64,000 nucleotides of DNA from Chrysemys picta bellii (GCF_011386835.1 NC_088791.1:350114001-350178000); one strand, 5' to 3'; positions 1 through 12,537 are shown, numbered from the stretch's first letter. The notes: generated by a model from the letters alone, not told the origin. Numbers and translations are program-made.

Positions 1-43
1 AAGAGCAGGGTGCCTGCAGGGCTTCCTCAGGGTCCAAGGTGGC

Positions 44-1079
44 TAGGGTGACCAGACGTCCCGATTTTATCGGGACCGTCCCGATATTTCCTTGTTTGTC
101 CCGCGTCCCGACCGACATGCGGTCGGGACAACCGGACAAACAAGGAAATGCCCCGAGCCTCGAGCCCGGAAGTGCTCGCGCCCCCCCCCCCCCGCCCCGA
201 CTCCGCCCCCTCCTCCCCCGATTGGCTCCCTCCCCGAATCCCCGCCTCTTCCCCGGGCTCACCATTCCCCCTCCCTCCGCAAGTGCTGGAGGGAGGCCCG
301 GGAGACGCAGGGGAAGCGCGGGGCCGGGGTGAGTAACAGTCCGGCCTGGCCCAGTGCAGGCAGGACTCGGGTGGTTGGGAGAGGAGGGGGGCGACCCGCG
401 GGGCCAGGCGACGGGGGAGGAAGCGGCCATGGCGCTCGGCGGCTCTGGCGCCCCCGAACCCCCCGAGCCGGGGCCTGCAGCAGCGCGTACGCTGGGCCCA
501 GCCCCTGGCTAGGCACGTCTGGGCTGCCCAGCTGGTGCTATCGCGCGGTGGCCCCGGGGCGGAGGCATCGGCAGCCCAGCCCCGTTCGTTCCCCTGCGGG
601 ACCCGAGCAGGACGGGGGGCTGGGGCCTGCTGCCCCCACTCCGGGGCCGCCGCGGGATAGCACTAGCTGGGCAGCAGCCCAGACGCTGGCCAGGGGCTGG
701 GCGCAGCGTGCGCGCTGCTGGGTCCCCGCAGCAGGCCCCGGCTCGGGGGGTTCGGGGGCGCCAGAGCCGCAGCCGCGGAGCGCCATGGCCGCTTCCTCCC
801 CCGCGGCAGTGGGAGCTGCAGCAGCGGCTGCTCCCGAGTCCCGCTGCCCGGGGGGACAACAACAGCCGCCGCCTGGCCCCGCGGGCCGCCCCCCTCCTCT
901 CCTTACCACCCGACTGAGTCCTGCCTGCTCGGGACCAGGCCGGACTCTTACTCACCCCGGCCCCGCGCTTCCCCTGAGTCTCCCGGGCCTCCCTCCAGCA
1001 CTTGCGGAGGAAGTTTTTTTTTTGGCCCCGCCCCCCGCCACGCGTCCCGATATTTGTCTTTGGTGATCTGGTCACCCTA
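44..1079. mobile_element. Non-autonomous hAT (Tip100-like) DNA transposon, GC-rich and internally palindromic
   Basis: Termini TAGGGTGACCAGA...TCTGGTCACCCTA; perfect 8-bp TSD AAGGTGGC (36-43, 1080-1087); absent from paralogous D blocks; no transposase motifs seen. Confidence 0.9.
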
Positions 1080-1307
1080 AAGGTGGCCCCCATCCTCAGG
1101 GACTTGGCCACCGTATGATGTGTTACCGATGGGCATAGGTCAGCCCAGCCCCCAGGCTGCTCTAAACTCCGATGTGGCAGGGGGAGAACAGGCCAGAGAA
1201 TGAAACTCCTGTAATTGGCTCCTTGCCATCCCTGCTCTCTGCAGCACAGAGGGGAGCTCTGCTGGTGCAGCAGAGAATCCAGCCGGGCCTGTCACCGCTC
1301 AGATCGA

Positions 1308-1500
1308 TGGAAGGCTGGTCCTGTGGTCTGGGCATGTCTCTACGACTCAAGACAGCTGGGTTTGATTCCCTTGCTGTGTGTGACCATGGGAAAGCCATTG
1401 GGTGTTTTTGAGCCTATGCACAGGTGGATAATAGCCCTGCCCTGCCTCACAGCAGTGGCAGAAGGATAAATACATTCAAGGTGCTCAGATACTCTGAGAC
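1308..1500 (+). mobile_element. Old MIR/CORE-like SINE relic shared by all D blocks
   Basis: gctgggtttgattcccttgctgtgtgtgaccatgggaaagcc resembles the MIR B-box/core; paralogous copies near 17120, 27560, 39085 and 48600 (minus). Confidence 0.4.
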
Positions 1501-1958
1501 CCTAAGATCAGAGCTATGTCAGCATCCCACGGAGGAACACCTCTGACATTTGTGTATAAAAGGCCTCTTACCACAGCCTCCTGTGACATATGGCCTCTGG
1601 GAAGCTCCCTGACTCCAGCACCTTGGTGTCTGTGGCAGAGGTGGGGGAATTCGGCGGTGGCAGTGAGGGGTAGGTAGTGGATTTCTGAGGGGAATGATGG
1701 AGTGTCACAGGGATGCTGAGCCTTTCAGCACAGTCACTGGACCGGTGTTTCCAGCCATTGAGGCTGAATGGGTCTAACTGCCAGACAATGAAGCAAAGGC
1801 CACAGGGGCCTCATCCTAGATGTCTGGCTGGGAGAAAGCAGTCTGAGGGCAAAGGTCAGCTCCTTGGCCCTGTAACACGGACATGGCTGAGCGTGGTGAT
1901 TGGGCCCAGGCTCACACCGGGAGGCTTTGAGAAAAGGCTGCTTCCACAAGAAAGGGGC

Positions 1959-2962
1959 TGTAGGCTGCGTGTCTGTCCCTCCTTGTCAATCTCTGAGGGA
2001 GCCCACACCTCCTTGCTGTCATATAACTGAACAGGGGAGCTCAAAGCGTCCTATGGCTGGGCAGAACAGTACGGCAACAAACAATTGGTGGTCTCTGACC
2101 TGCAAGCCGGACAGAACGATTTAGTAGTCCTTGAGCCCCGGGCCCTCAGCCAGAGTGGGGCAGTAACCAATGAGTAGGCTCCCTCTTGCAATCGGGGCAG
2201 AGAGGCTAAGCAGTCTATGAGCCCCGGGCCCTGTAAGCACGGGGCCGCAAAGCAATGTGTAGACTCTGGCCTGTAAGGCTATGCAATCTAGCAGCCTAGG
2301 TAAGGGTGATCACCAATAAAGTATAAGGGCTTGATAATGCAGGTATGAGGCCCGAGGAGCATAGGCCTCCTGGCCTAAGGAGGGGGAGTACTGCCAGCCA
2401 TGGGGATAGCAGGGGGGATGTGGGCCCGCCCAACTCCACTGCGTCCCAGCCACTGGGTCCACGAGGATGCACCCACAACATGCTGACCTTGTATCAGGCC
2501 ATTTCCCAACCAGGTAGTTACCTGGTTTCCTCGGGCTGCTTCCTACTCTCCCTCTTGAGTGTACCTATTCCCATCATCACAGGGAACGCTGGCCAGTCCA
2601 CAGGAGGCAGCCGCAAAAGCACTTCGGCAACTCAGTCGGCTGGCGGCCTGGGGAACTCTGGCCGTCCTCAAGCGGCAGCCCTGGCAGCCGCTCTGCAGGC
2701 CTCAGAGCAGAAGAATGAAGGGGGATTTGATAGCTGCTTTCAACTACCTGAAGGGGGGTTCCAGAGCAGGCAGTGATGTGTCTGTCTCCTGCGGTGACTC
2801 CAGCCTAACTGAGCTGCGGGGCCCACCTTTTGTACTTCTCCTTTCTGTCCCGCCCTTCTGCTTCCGGCAGGGCGGACGTGGCTCTCCTGGTTCGGCCCAG
2901 CAGCGGGGGTACTGTGGTCCCTCTTTGTCACTCTCTGAGGGAGGACACGCCTCCTCGCTACA
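1959..2962. mobile_element. Solo LTR (1004 bp)
   Basis: Termini TGTAG...CTACA; 5-bp TSD GGGGC (1954-1958, 2963-2967); the paralog at ~17700 has the empty site aaggggcaaagag. Confidence 0.85.
2711..2761 (+). mobile_element. 51-bp internal CR1 reverse-transcriptase fragment inserted in the solo LTR
   Basis: 2708-2763 is identical over 56 nt to CR1 at 19758-19813; flanked by the direct repeat CAGAGCAG (2703-2710, 2762-2769). Confidence 0.8.
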
Positions 2963-3526
2963 GGGGCAAATAGATGGGAAGATGCTCTCAGACCCACAGG
3001 GAAATGGCTGGGTCCCAAGAGCTCCTTGGCATCCCAAAAGAATGTAGGTTGGGCCAGTCCTGGTTCTTTATCTCCAGAGCAAAGCCTGTCTAACTTAGCT
3101 TGTAGTGATACGTGCGATAGATGAGTGTAAACATGGGACAGCTCCCTGTTATTTTAAAATCATTTTCTTTAATGCTTTGTGCTGTTTCTTAATAAAACTG
3201 CTAGTTTTAAGGAAACTGGTGATGACTGTATAACACAAGCACCCAAAGGGAATGGACTGAGGTGTCCCATCAGACCTGCTTGGTGATAAGCACTTAGCAT
3301 AGATGGGGTGTTGTTCTCACTTTGACGAGTGGGACAATTGTGAGATTCCCACCAAGACAGGAAAGGACCTGATTTAGAGGGTAAAGAAACCATATATCCT
3401 GGTTTTACTGTGACAATCCTGATTCTTCTTGGCCAGCGTCTATCATGTTGAGTGCCTATCAGCATTCACAGGAGCAACTTGTTCAAGTTGCATCCAAGAT
3501 AACGATCCACTCAAGACAGTGATTCA

Positions 3527-4450
3527 TGGAGTCATAGAATTTAAGGCCAGAAGGAGCCATTAGATCATATAGTCCAGAGGTTCTCAAACTGGGGGGTGGG
3601 CCCGCCTGGGGGTGCGGAATGTATACGGGGAGTGGTGGGGTGAAGAAACTTTAGGGAAGAAACCTTTCTGTGCACAACCCACTGCAATGAATAACTAGCC
3701 AAGCTGATTCCTCCAGACAGATCTGGTCCTCAGATAGCACTGTGCTTTTGAGTCTAGGCGGTGCTGTGCATTTTGATAGTTTTCTTTTAAGCTCGTGTAG
3801 CATTATTCAATGACATTACCATCTGTACGTGGATCTGTTTGCTACGACGCGGTGTGCACATTTCATTCTAAGTGGGGACCACAGTCACAGTTTTTCTTTT
3901 TCTCTGATTCCAATGCATCGTTGGTTCATTCATGCAACAAAAAAATAAAACTCAAGTGAAAAACAAAGAAGCCGAACCTGATTCAGTTTGAGTCCTTCCC
4001 CCACATATATCAATATATGTATTTGTGTGGCAGGTGAGGGGGCATAAACTCTTAGAGACACAAAGAAGGGGCTGGGGTGTGATCAAATAAGTTTGAGGAA
4101 CCACTGATCTAATCTGACCTCCTGCATAGCACAGGCTGCAGAATTTTACCCAGTTACCCCTGTATTGATCCCAATGACTTGTGTTTGATCAATGCATCAC
4201 TTTTGTTCCTCTAAAGCGTGTCTTCCAGGAAGGCATCCAGTCTTGGTTTGGAGGTATCAGGAGAATTCCCCACCTTCCTTGGGAGTTTATTTCACTAGTT
4301 AAGCACCCTCACTGTTAAAAATGTGTGCCTCATTTCCAAATTTAATTTGTCTGGCTTCAGTTTCCTGCCACTGGTTCTTGTTATACCTTTCTCTCTTAGA
4401 TTAAAGAGCCCGTTAGTAGCTGGTATTTCATCCCTGTGAAAGTGCTTGTA
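3527..4450 (-). mobile_element. Degenerate CR1 LINE 3' end, interrupted by a hAT element
   Basis: catagaatttaaggccagaagg..ccattagatca..tagtc/tgacctcctgcat reads as the reverse complement of a CR1-type 3' tail and UTR; same arrangement at 40215-41090. Confidence 0.6.
3575..4106. mobile_element. hAT-Charlie-like non-autonomous element predating the unit duplications
   Basis: Termini CAGAGGTTCTCAAACT...AGTTTGAGGAACCACTG; decayed 8-bp TSD atatagtc/atctaatc; same insertion at 40258-40796 and ~45995-46438. Confidence 0.8.
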
Positions 4451-4519
4451 CATTGTCATCAAGTCAGCTCTCAGCCTTCCCTACGTCTACTCACTGCACC
4501 CCTGTTTATTCAGCCAGCG

Positions 4520-5095
4520 GTAAGTTGGAAATGACAGAGAAGGAGAAAGACCTGGGTGTATTAGTCAGTCCCAGGATGACTGTGAGCCACCGATGTGATG
4601 CGGCTGTGAACAAGGCAGATGCGATCCTAGAATATGTCAGGTGAGATAGGGAACTATTAATATCCTTATACAAGGCACTGGTGAGACCTAATCTGGCAAA
4701 CTGTGTAAAATTCTGGTCAATCGTATTCCAGAAAGAAGAATTGAGACTGGAACAGGTGCGGAGAAGGGCTCCTAGGGCAATGGAGGGCCTGGCTTATGAG
4801 GAGACTAAAGAACGTGGCTGGTTTAGCCTAAAACAACACAGGCTGAGCTGGGATTTGATTGCTCTATAAATACGCCAGTGGTGGGGGGTAAACGCCAGGA
4901 GGGAGATGAGCTCCTGAAGCTAAAGGCCAGTGTTGGCAAAAGAACAAACGGGGATCAACTGGTCAGGAGCAAATGTGTCTGGAAAGGAGAAGGAGGTTTC
5001 TGACCATTCGAGCAGGGAGGTTCTGGAACAGCCTCCCAACAGGAGCAGTGGGGATTGGGGGGGGGAAACAACTGAGCTTGTTTTAAGATGAAGCC
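4520..5095 (+). mobile_element. Decayed CR1 ORF2 (RT C-terminal) fragment
   Basis: Translates to EKEKDLGVLVSPRMTVSHRCDAAVNKADAIL and RPNLANCVKFWS..LEQVRRRAPR, typical of the CR1 RT tail; inverted paralog at ~44045-44500 and 45540-45620. Confidence 0.75.
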
Positions 5096-5102
5096 GTGAC
5101 TC

Positions 5103-5705
5103 TGTATGGAATCTGGGGGACACTTTAGGATATTACGAATACCAATATTGTATAATTGTAATGAGTTATGCCAGATGTGCCATGTAAGATATCTGCAAAT
5201 ATTATAATTTGCCAGATACGATAATTTTGTTTATATGTTTGTATCACCTTTGTATTATGAGTTATAGATAAGTATGTCTGTCTGTATTTCAAACTTGTGC
5301 TATGCTTCTGGGTGACATCCTCAGACAGTCTGGCATCAGCACTGTGTAGCTTGCTTGATGGCCCATTAAAGCACCATCAGCTATACAATTGACCCATTGA
5401 GAGAAGGCAGACGCACCATATGACTCAGCAAGGCATGCAGGGGCATGCCTATGGACAGAAAAGGCTTTCAAGCCATGTGCTGGGCAGCTTGTGTTTGAAA
5501 CAAAGGAAGCACAGGCCACATGGCAAGAGACTATAAAAGACAGCTGCATCTTCTCCATTTTGTCTTCAGTCCTGCTTCTTACCTCTGGAGGAACTTTGCT
5601 ACACACTGAAGCTCTGAACAAAGGATTGAATGACCCATCCAAATTGTGGATGTGATTCAGAGGGACTTTCAAACCAGCAAACTCACCAATACTGCAGGAA
5701 CCTGA
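5103..5705 (+). mobile_element. Truncated LTR fragment
   Basis: Contains a TATA-like actataaaagacagctgc in an LTR-like context; absent from paralogous units; ends and TSD not resolved. Confidence 0.5.
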
Positions 5706-6729
5706 TATATGGCCCTGCTGGGCTGCCCCTCGCTCTCATACTGACCGCACCCGCTGTCTCTTGAACTGAAATATCGCACTACTGTGTATGCTACATTTCT
5801 GAACTTGAGATAAAACCAGGATAAATTTGCCCTTTTAAAAGAAAACTAGAGTGATTAGTTCCAACACCTAGATAGCTATATAAATATTTATTAGACAATA
5901 ATATATCAAAATTACTTTTCTTCAGAAATAACTACTATTCTTTCCTTGGCTTTATAGCTCTGATATTAATGACACCTAAAAAGATTGAATAAAACTTTTC
6001 TGCCTGACTGGTTTTGAAGAATTCTGAAGACAAAATGCTGGTCACGTTGTGGCTAGGTGGATTCTTCCAGGTTTCAGGAATCCTCTCAAATACCCTATGG
6101 CCAAAAAAGTCACCCACGTAGTAGTATGCTGATGCAGTCTCTGGATTCTAGCAATATTTTTGTTTCACCTCAGAAATAAAGTACAAAAATACATCAGATT
6201 TTTACAGTAAACATTGTGTAAAAGATTTCACTTAGATATTTTTTAAAATATTTATAAAAAGTTAAGTGGCATAAAATTCATCAAATTGTATTTGAGTAAG
6301 TATTTTTAAGATCACCTAACCATCTTAGTGCAATGCTTACCATTTTGCCTTTCCTAGGTTGAGAATCTCCCTTCACATACATAGTTAGCTTTATAAATAT
6401 ATTTAAAAACACTTGGATTATAAGAGCGAGAATAAAATCCCTCACCCAGTGCACTTTGATTAAACCTTAATTTCCAAAATATTTCCCTTTATGTATTGGA
6501 ACAGTAATAATGGTTTGCACCACTATATGTTCAGACAGTTACATCACACTCATCACTATAACTTTAAACATGTATAGCATTTTTCTTCAAAGAATCTCAA
6601 GACATTTTACAAGGTTTATATCCTCACAATACACCTGAGAAGTAGCTAAACATTATTAGATCCAGTATCCCAGGCACAAAGGGGCTAGTTAGAGGCTCTG
6701 TATTACTGTTGTATTACAAAGACTAAATC

Positions 6730-6855
6730 ATAATTATACAGATGGGGAAAGGTAAAGTAATTTCTCCAAGACCACATAATAAATCAATGGCAGAGCCAGA
6801 AATGGATTTGAGGAGCCCTGATTCAAATTTCCCCTCTCTAACCACAACAGCCACT
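6730..6855 (-). mobile_element. MIR-like SINE relic
   Basis: tacagatggggaaa..ttctccaagaccacataataaatcaatggcagagccagaa matches the reverse MIR core; a second relic lies near 9120-9210. Confidence 0.5.
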
Positions 6856-6964
6856 ATTGGGGGTGAGGGTTTGCCTTATGCTTTCACTTAGAGCTTGTGA
6901 AAACAAAATGAACCATTTCTCAAGTTTGAAACTGAATGCAGGAATCAGAATATGAAGAACCTAA

Positions 6965-8337
6965 TGTAAGCAGAGTCAGGATGAGCTCTACCCTGACATC
7001 TGGTGGTGAATTATGGCGAGGGTGGAAAAGAACTCCAGGGACTGATCTTGTTTGCATAGGCACACCCACCCGCCTGGCATGAAACAACAGCAACTCAAAG
7101 TGGTTACTTTGGCTGGTGTGGGATCCCCAGTTTTCTCTGTTATTGGGGCAGGAAGAATAAAGTTTTGTTACCCTGATTCTGTGAATCAAGGCCAGTGGAA
7201 CTGTTGTATGACAGAAGGACTGAGTGAGTCCTTCACCATTACCTAAGTAGCACTTGCTTGACAAGGGGCATGGGTTACAAAACCCAGTGAAGGGAGAGAG
7301 GATGGGGACAAGTATTTGTACCTGATGGTATGGGTACCCTCTGAGGGTTTAAAACATCAATTGCACTATCTTCTCTCTCCGCTGTTGAATATCAGAGCTA
7401 ACTTTGATTCCATTAGGAGTCTAGTTACAGGCTGCTGAGCTGAATTTACTTTGGGCCAATGGTGCACTAGTACTGGGGCTCCCCTATTATGAGCTGAAAT
7501 TACAAAAGAGCTAAAGCTGAGATCACTGAGTGCTGTGTTAACTAGTGGGGGAGACTGAAGCTATATTGCTACGCGGCTGGCGGAGCAGCTAGCAGAGTGG
7601 AGCCTTGTGGGGACGGTTGGAGCGGAGCTGAGCGGCTCACAGGTCGGTGAGCAGAGCGGAGCCTTGTAGGAGCGGCCCAAGGCATGGCTGAAGTTGAGCA
7701 GAGCTGAGCGGCTCACAGGTTGGTGAGCAGAGCGAAGCAGCTGCCAGAGCAGTTTGTGGGACGGTGGGAGCGGCTCACGGGACAGCTGGTGGAATGGAGT
7801 GGCTCGTGGTGAAGGCTGCGGCGGAACCCCACGGAGAGGCAGCCGGTCAGCCTCGGATCATGTAAGGTGCCCCTTAACACCCTGCAACCCCCACCCCCTT
7901 GAACTCTGGGGCTGCACTGACCAGGGACAGAGACTTTGGGGGGTTGTTGGACTTTTGGGACTTTGGTGATTCTTGGGTTGCTGGACCCAAGAGACTTTGG
8001 GGTTGTTGGACTTTTGGGACTTTGGTGACACAGCCCAATTTGCTGGGGTGGGTTTTTTGCTCATGGTTTGTGTTATGAATCCTGTTTGTGGTGTTTTTTC
8101 CAATTTAATGCTGATGTTGTTTACCTCATGTTATTAAACATTTTCTGTTACACTCAGACTCCGTGCTTGCGAGAGGGGAAGTATTGCCTCTTAGAGACAC
8201 CCAGGGGGTGGTATGTAATTGTCCCAGGTCACTGGGTGGGGGCTCGAGCCGGTTTTGCATTGCGTTATTGAAACGGAACCCCTAGATACAGAACCCGGCC
8301 CTTGTTGCTGCCAACTTAGATGGGCAGAAGGGTTACA
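6965..8337 (+). mobile_element. Solo LTR (1373 bp) with internal short tandem duplications
   Basis: Termini TGTAA...TTACA; 4-bp TSD ctaa/ctag (1 mismatch); attaaa signal near 8133; 3' part similar to 43870-44043. Confidence 0.8.
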
Positions 8338-9389
8338 CTAGTATTAAAATTTACATTAGAACTAGTCAAATCTCACTGGTTTAAATTGTCCTAATAGCAC
8401 AGGAGATGCAGTTTTATCATAAGTCTTGTGATATTTGGTATTTTCCTTAAGTTCTGGTTTGTTGAGGGTCCTCCTTGGACTACAGGACAATCTTAGTTTG
8501 CATTTTTTAAAAACAAGTAAATTTCCAGCCTTTATGTTTGTTGGATGAAAAACAAGGAACAAACAAAACCTTTAAGATCTAATCCTTAAAGGCTCCAAAA
8601 CCAGAAGGCAAATAAAACTATTTTTTTCTGTTCTGACACAGGTTAGCAGAGAATATGAACTGGCAACAGAAAATGGGGCTCCCAATAGGACAATAATTCT
8701 TTACTCTTGCTAGGAAGCTGTCAGTGGATTTTGGGGAATAATGTTATTCAGTCAGTTAGTCTTTCCTGGCGTACTGCACCCGCTGGTGATGTCTAACTAA
8801 TAATAATTAAGAGCCAAGTTTTATTTCATGCAAATTGTGTCCAGCGCCATAGATTCGCTGGTCAGAGTAAACACGCGCTGTATAATATTAAAGTATCCTT
8901 CCTAAGGAAATAACAGGAGGAGAGAGAAACCAAAAACATCTGTGGATCACAATAGGGAACCGAGCAGTTTCTTTGTTACTGACTGCACCAAGATGTGACT
9001 GTTCAGGGAGCATGGGAGAGGAATGCATCTGAATAATTAAAACTAATAGTTTAGCTTTGATGTAAATAGGTGTGGATGACTACAGATGCACTGCACTTCA
9101 GGCTCAAGAAAATGCTGATAGATCTGAGCCTTAAGTGGCTTATCCCAGGTCTGTGATGGAGCAGGGAAGCTCCCAAGTCCTATGCTAGCACCTTAACCAC
9201 TGCACCCTTGACTCTCTTTTATGTTTCATCCTAATCTGTGACTCTCCATACTTTCATTGTCTGTCATTGTCATATTCTTCTAAACAAGATTGTAGTAGCG
9301 CAGTGCACTGAAGTAACTGTATGTTTAAATATGTATTATGACTAAGTCTATAACTCACTGATTCCAGACCTCTGTGATGTAGTTTGCTT

Positions 9390-9780
9390 CAGCTCTCAGT
9401 AGCTGAAGCTGGAGCTGAAGGCAGGACTGGGGGTCTCCCCTCTGTGACTGCGGCTGGAGCCAGAGCTAGAACCGGGACCCTTCGCTCCCCCGCCCTGCAA
9501 CTGGACCTGACTTTGCAACCAGGATCCTGCGCCCCTGTCCTGCAGCTTTAGCCGGGGGCTGGAGCCGGAGCCCTGTGCCCCTGGCCCCATGGCTTCTACT
9601 GGGGGCTGGAGCTGGGACCGTGAGTCCTTGCCCTGTGGCTTGTGGTGCGGGCTGCAGCAGGGGCCGTACAACCCCTCTCGCAGCTTCCTAGGGCCCCCTC
9701 TCATGGCTCTGTGCACCTGTGTCTGTCCTCGTCTCTCCCAATGTGTCTTGATATTTCACTCTTGCGATCTGGTCACCCTA
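9390..9780. mobile_element. Right end of a hAT (Tip100-like) element
   Basis: Ends in gatctggtcacccta (9766-9780), the same terminus as 44-1079; GC-rich body; the other terminus was not found. Confidence 0.55.
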
Positions 9781-12537
9781 AAGAAGACTCACCAGGTGGG
9801 GGATAAGCTTCCCCTAGGGCCTATTGTTTCCCTAATGTCCCATTACTCCGAATAGGCCCTTCACAACCTGAAGGGACTTCCCCTACTGGAATGATCCCAG
9901 ACAAATTTCCATGTATGGAGCTTATGGAATCTCCCTTCCCTGGCCTGCACCCTGGGTTTGTAATGCAGGAAAGGGGCTGCTGGGGAGAAAATAGTCCTTT
10001 CTTCTTCTTCTTCTTATTATTATTATTATTATTTTTCTATTTTATTTTATTTCAGCAAGATCACAGCTGTGACAGCATCGTTGTTACCGCTAGGCTGCCC
10101 CCGAGGTAGCCATGTGAGTAATCAGAGCCATAGGAACAGTGATGAGAAACCCGGATTCCAGGAATAGAGCCTGCAGCAGGGCTGGGGCTGCAGTCCAAGT
10201 GGGCAGCATCACCACATGTCCCCTGTGATTTGGCCTCCTGCAGTTTGCCATTGGCTCTCACGGGGGTTAAAGCTGGTGCACACGAAGCCAAGCAGCTGAG
10301 GTTCCCTGATGGCCAAGTGGCCCCCAAGGAAATGTGCAATCATGCTTCATAAAGACAGTTACTTCCCTGTCTGAACAGACACTGCCTGCTGCCCCTGCAA
10401 CCTCTCTGACTCCTTGTCCTTTAGGGTGAAGACCTCTGATCTCAGCGGCTCCCCTGCTAGCAGGAATTGGGTACGTTGACACGTTTCACTAGCTTTAAAA
10501 TGTGAAGTGAAGGGGAAAGGCTGCACGCTGTTTACATGTTCCAATGTTCTGTGCAGCGGCAGAGGACTCAGCTGGGCTCTCAGGGTCACTCAGCGATGGA
10601 GCTGGAGGGCAGGCAGCACTAGGTAGCTTGGGAACCCCTCCCCTATATGTGCCTATGCTGCACACTTGCTTATTTAAGCTACACAGAGATTCAAAATGAT
10701 CTCAGAGTGTTAAAAAAATGTGCCCCAGGTAGATTTCTCAGTGGTTCCCATTTCTAGAGGTGCCGTGTGCTCTGGGCCCAATCCTGCCAGGGGCTGAGCG
10801 AGAGGAGACCCCACTGAATATCAGTGATTAGTTCGCAAATCACCTCCAGGTTTATTTGCTCCTGGAAATTTAATCAGCAAATGCATTTTCAATGATTTTA
10901 TTCTCTGGTTCTATTGTGAAGGCAGGAATTCAGAGCTGCTTTGGTCTGTGGTAACAGGTCCGATAGGGCATATTTCTGTTTCCTGACTGGCTGAGGGCTC
11001 TAGAATCTCTGTCCTGTAGACACTACTCAGAATTACAGGGCTACAGGCATCTCTACCCCATCTCTGGTCTCTGAGTGCCAGATGTCAGGCCTCATAACCT
11101 TCCCTCTCATGGGGTAGAATCCTCTGATCCTCCTACCCTCAGACGGGCCCTGGGCTACAGCACACTGTGGGTCGACTGTGCTTGCCCAGCAGGTCCAAGT
11201 GGGTTCAGCACCTGTGGTTCTTCCCTCTAGGAGTCTGGGAGTAGCAGTGAGACCAGTGACCAAACAGCCTTTTTGCACCAAAGTATTGTTGTATCCGAAC
11301 AGTAGGAATAAAGCGTAACACGGGAGAATATGATGGTTTTCAAACAGCAGTCTGTACACGTCACTGACCTCCAAACCCTCCCTCTCTGACTGGGACCCAA
11401 GCAGGGTGGTGTGTGCCTGTCACTCTGACGAGCTTCACAGCAACAGCTGCCCCACATCTGGACAGACTCCCAGTGCTAGCAAAACAAGCTGTGTAATGTG
11501 GCTGGAGCCCAGCAATAGGCTCTTCCCAAATTGCAGCTCCGGTGTTGTCTCTCAACCTCCCTGAAATGCTGACTGAGCGATGGCTTTTCTTGAGCTGTTG
11601 CTTCCCTTCCTGCTTGTTTTCCAGCAGCCTGCTATGAAACTAAGAATAGACATACTGGTTTAACCCAATACAGCCAGAACATAAACATCCCGATAGTTAA
11701 CCAAATATATCTATAGAGCAAACTTCTCCAGAACTGGGTTTAACATACACATAGCATTATGGCAGCTCAACTGCACATCTATCCCAGATGTATTCCTGGG
11801 TACTGCAGATGTTATGAATACAGGACACAGGCAGTCAGAGAGAGAGAGAAAGCGACTACTTTCATATGTGAAATGAGGTTCCATTCCCATGAATACTCAT
11901 GCATTTGACTTGAAATTCACTTCCTGCAAACCCACATCATGTCTGAATAACAGGTGCTGGAGTTACTATGTACTAGAGAGTAAGAATTCAGGGAATGAAT
12001 ATTTCCTATACTGATCCCAATGCCTGTTACCACTCCGGGTATGGGCTACAGATTGACAGCACAGAACCTGAGGAGAACCAGTCAGCTATTAACCCAGTGA
12101 CAGAGGAGCTACTAGACTTTTGTTTTCTGACAAATGACTGAATGAGGGCTGAGACGCTGCGATCTTTTCAGGTTGTGATGAAATCCAGATGACAGACGCT
12201 ACATTTCAAGTCCCACCCTAACCTGAGAACTCAGCTCTGAAAGCAGATCAGAGGGGAAAGAATGGGTTGACATGTGTGTACTAAAGTACAAATGTGTAAA
12301 TGTTATGCCAAAACTTTTCATGGTAATACAAATATTACAAACCAAACATCCATGACAGGCACATATATCAAAAGCCAGCAGCAGAGTTGTTGGAATCTCT
12401 ACAGGAAGGATCAGGGGTAACTTTACTGCTTAATGGCTTTTGCTTTAGAAAGTATTTTAGAAGTGCTCCACATACAGTTTGCAATGGGTTTGTGCTGTTA
12501 ACTCTTTGTTCGGTGAACAGTTGTATGATACTGTCTC

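Larger units (their letters stand above)
1..5095 (+). repeat. Orphan downstream (D) block of the OR duplication unit; its OR gene lies outside the window
   Basis: Once insertions are removed it is collinear with 16905-17775, 38822-42100 and the reverse complement of ~44045-48900 (e.g. gggtgcctgcagggct, ctctaaactc..gctgtggcagggggagaacaggccag). Confidence 0.85.

Noticed and set aside
92-1066. 324-aa ORF (and overlapping 200-aa and 123-aa ORFs) as a novel protein
   Set aside because: Pro/Gly/Ala/Arg-rich read-through of a GC-rich palindromic hAT element; open in several frames on both strands; no transposase or other motif.
5958-6200. Coding exon (..IKLFCLTGFEEF*RQNAGHVVARWILPGFRNPLKYP..)
   Set aside because: Several in-frame stops, about what AT-rich random sequence gives; no recognisable homolog or convincing donor.
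12428-12436. TAATGG homeodomain site and CCCCAAGG(A/G)AAT O/E-like sites (~10320, 22087, 31590, 61213) as the OR promoter
   Set aside because: Short motifs whose presence in several copies is explained by recent duplication; TAATGG is deleted in OR3 and OR5; not distinguishable from chance without data.
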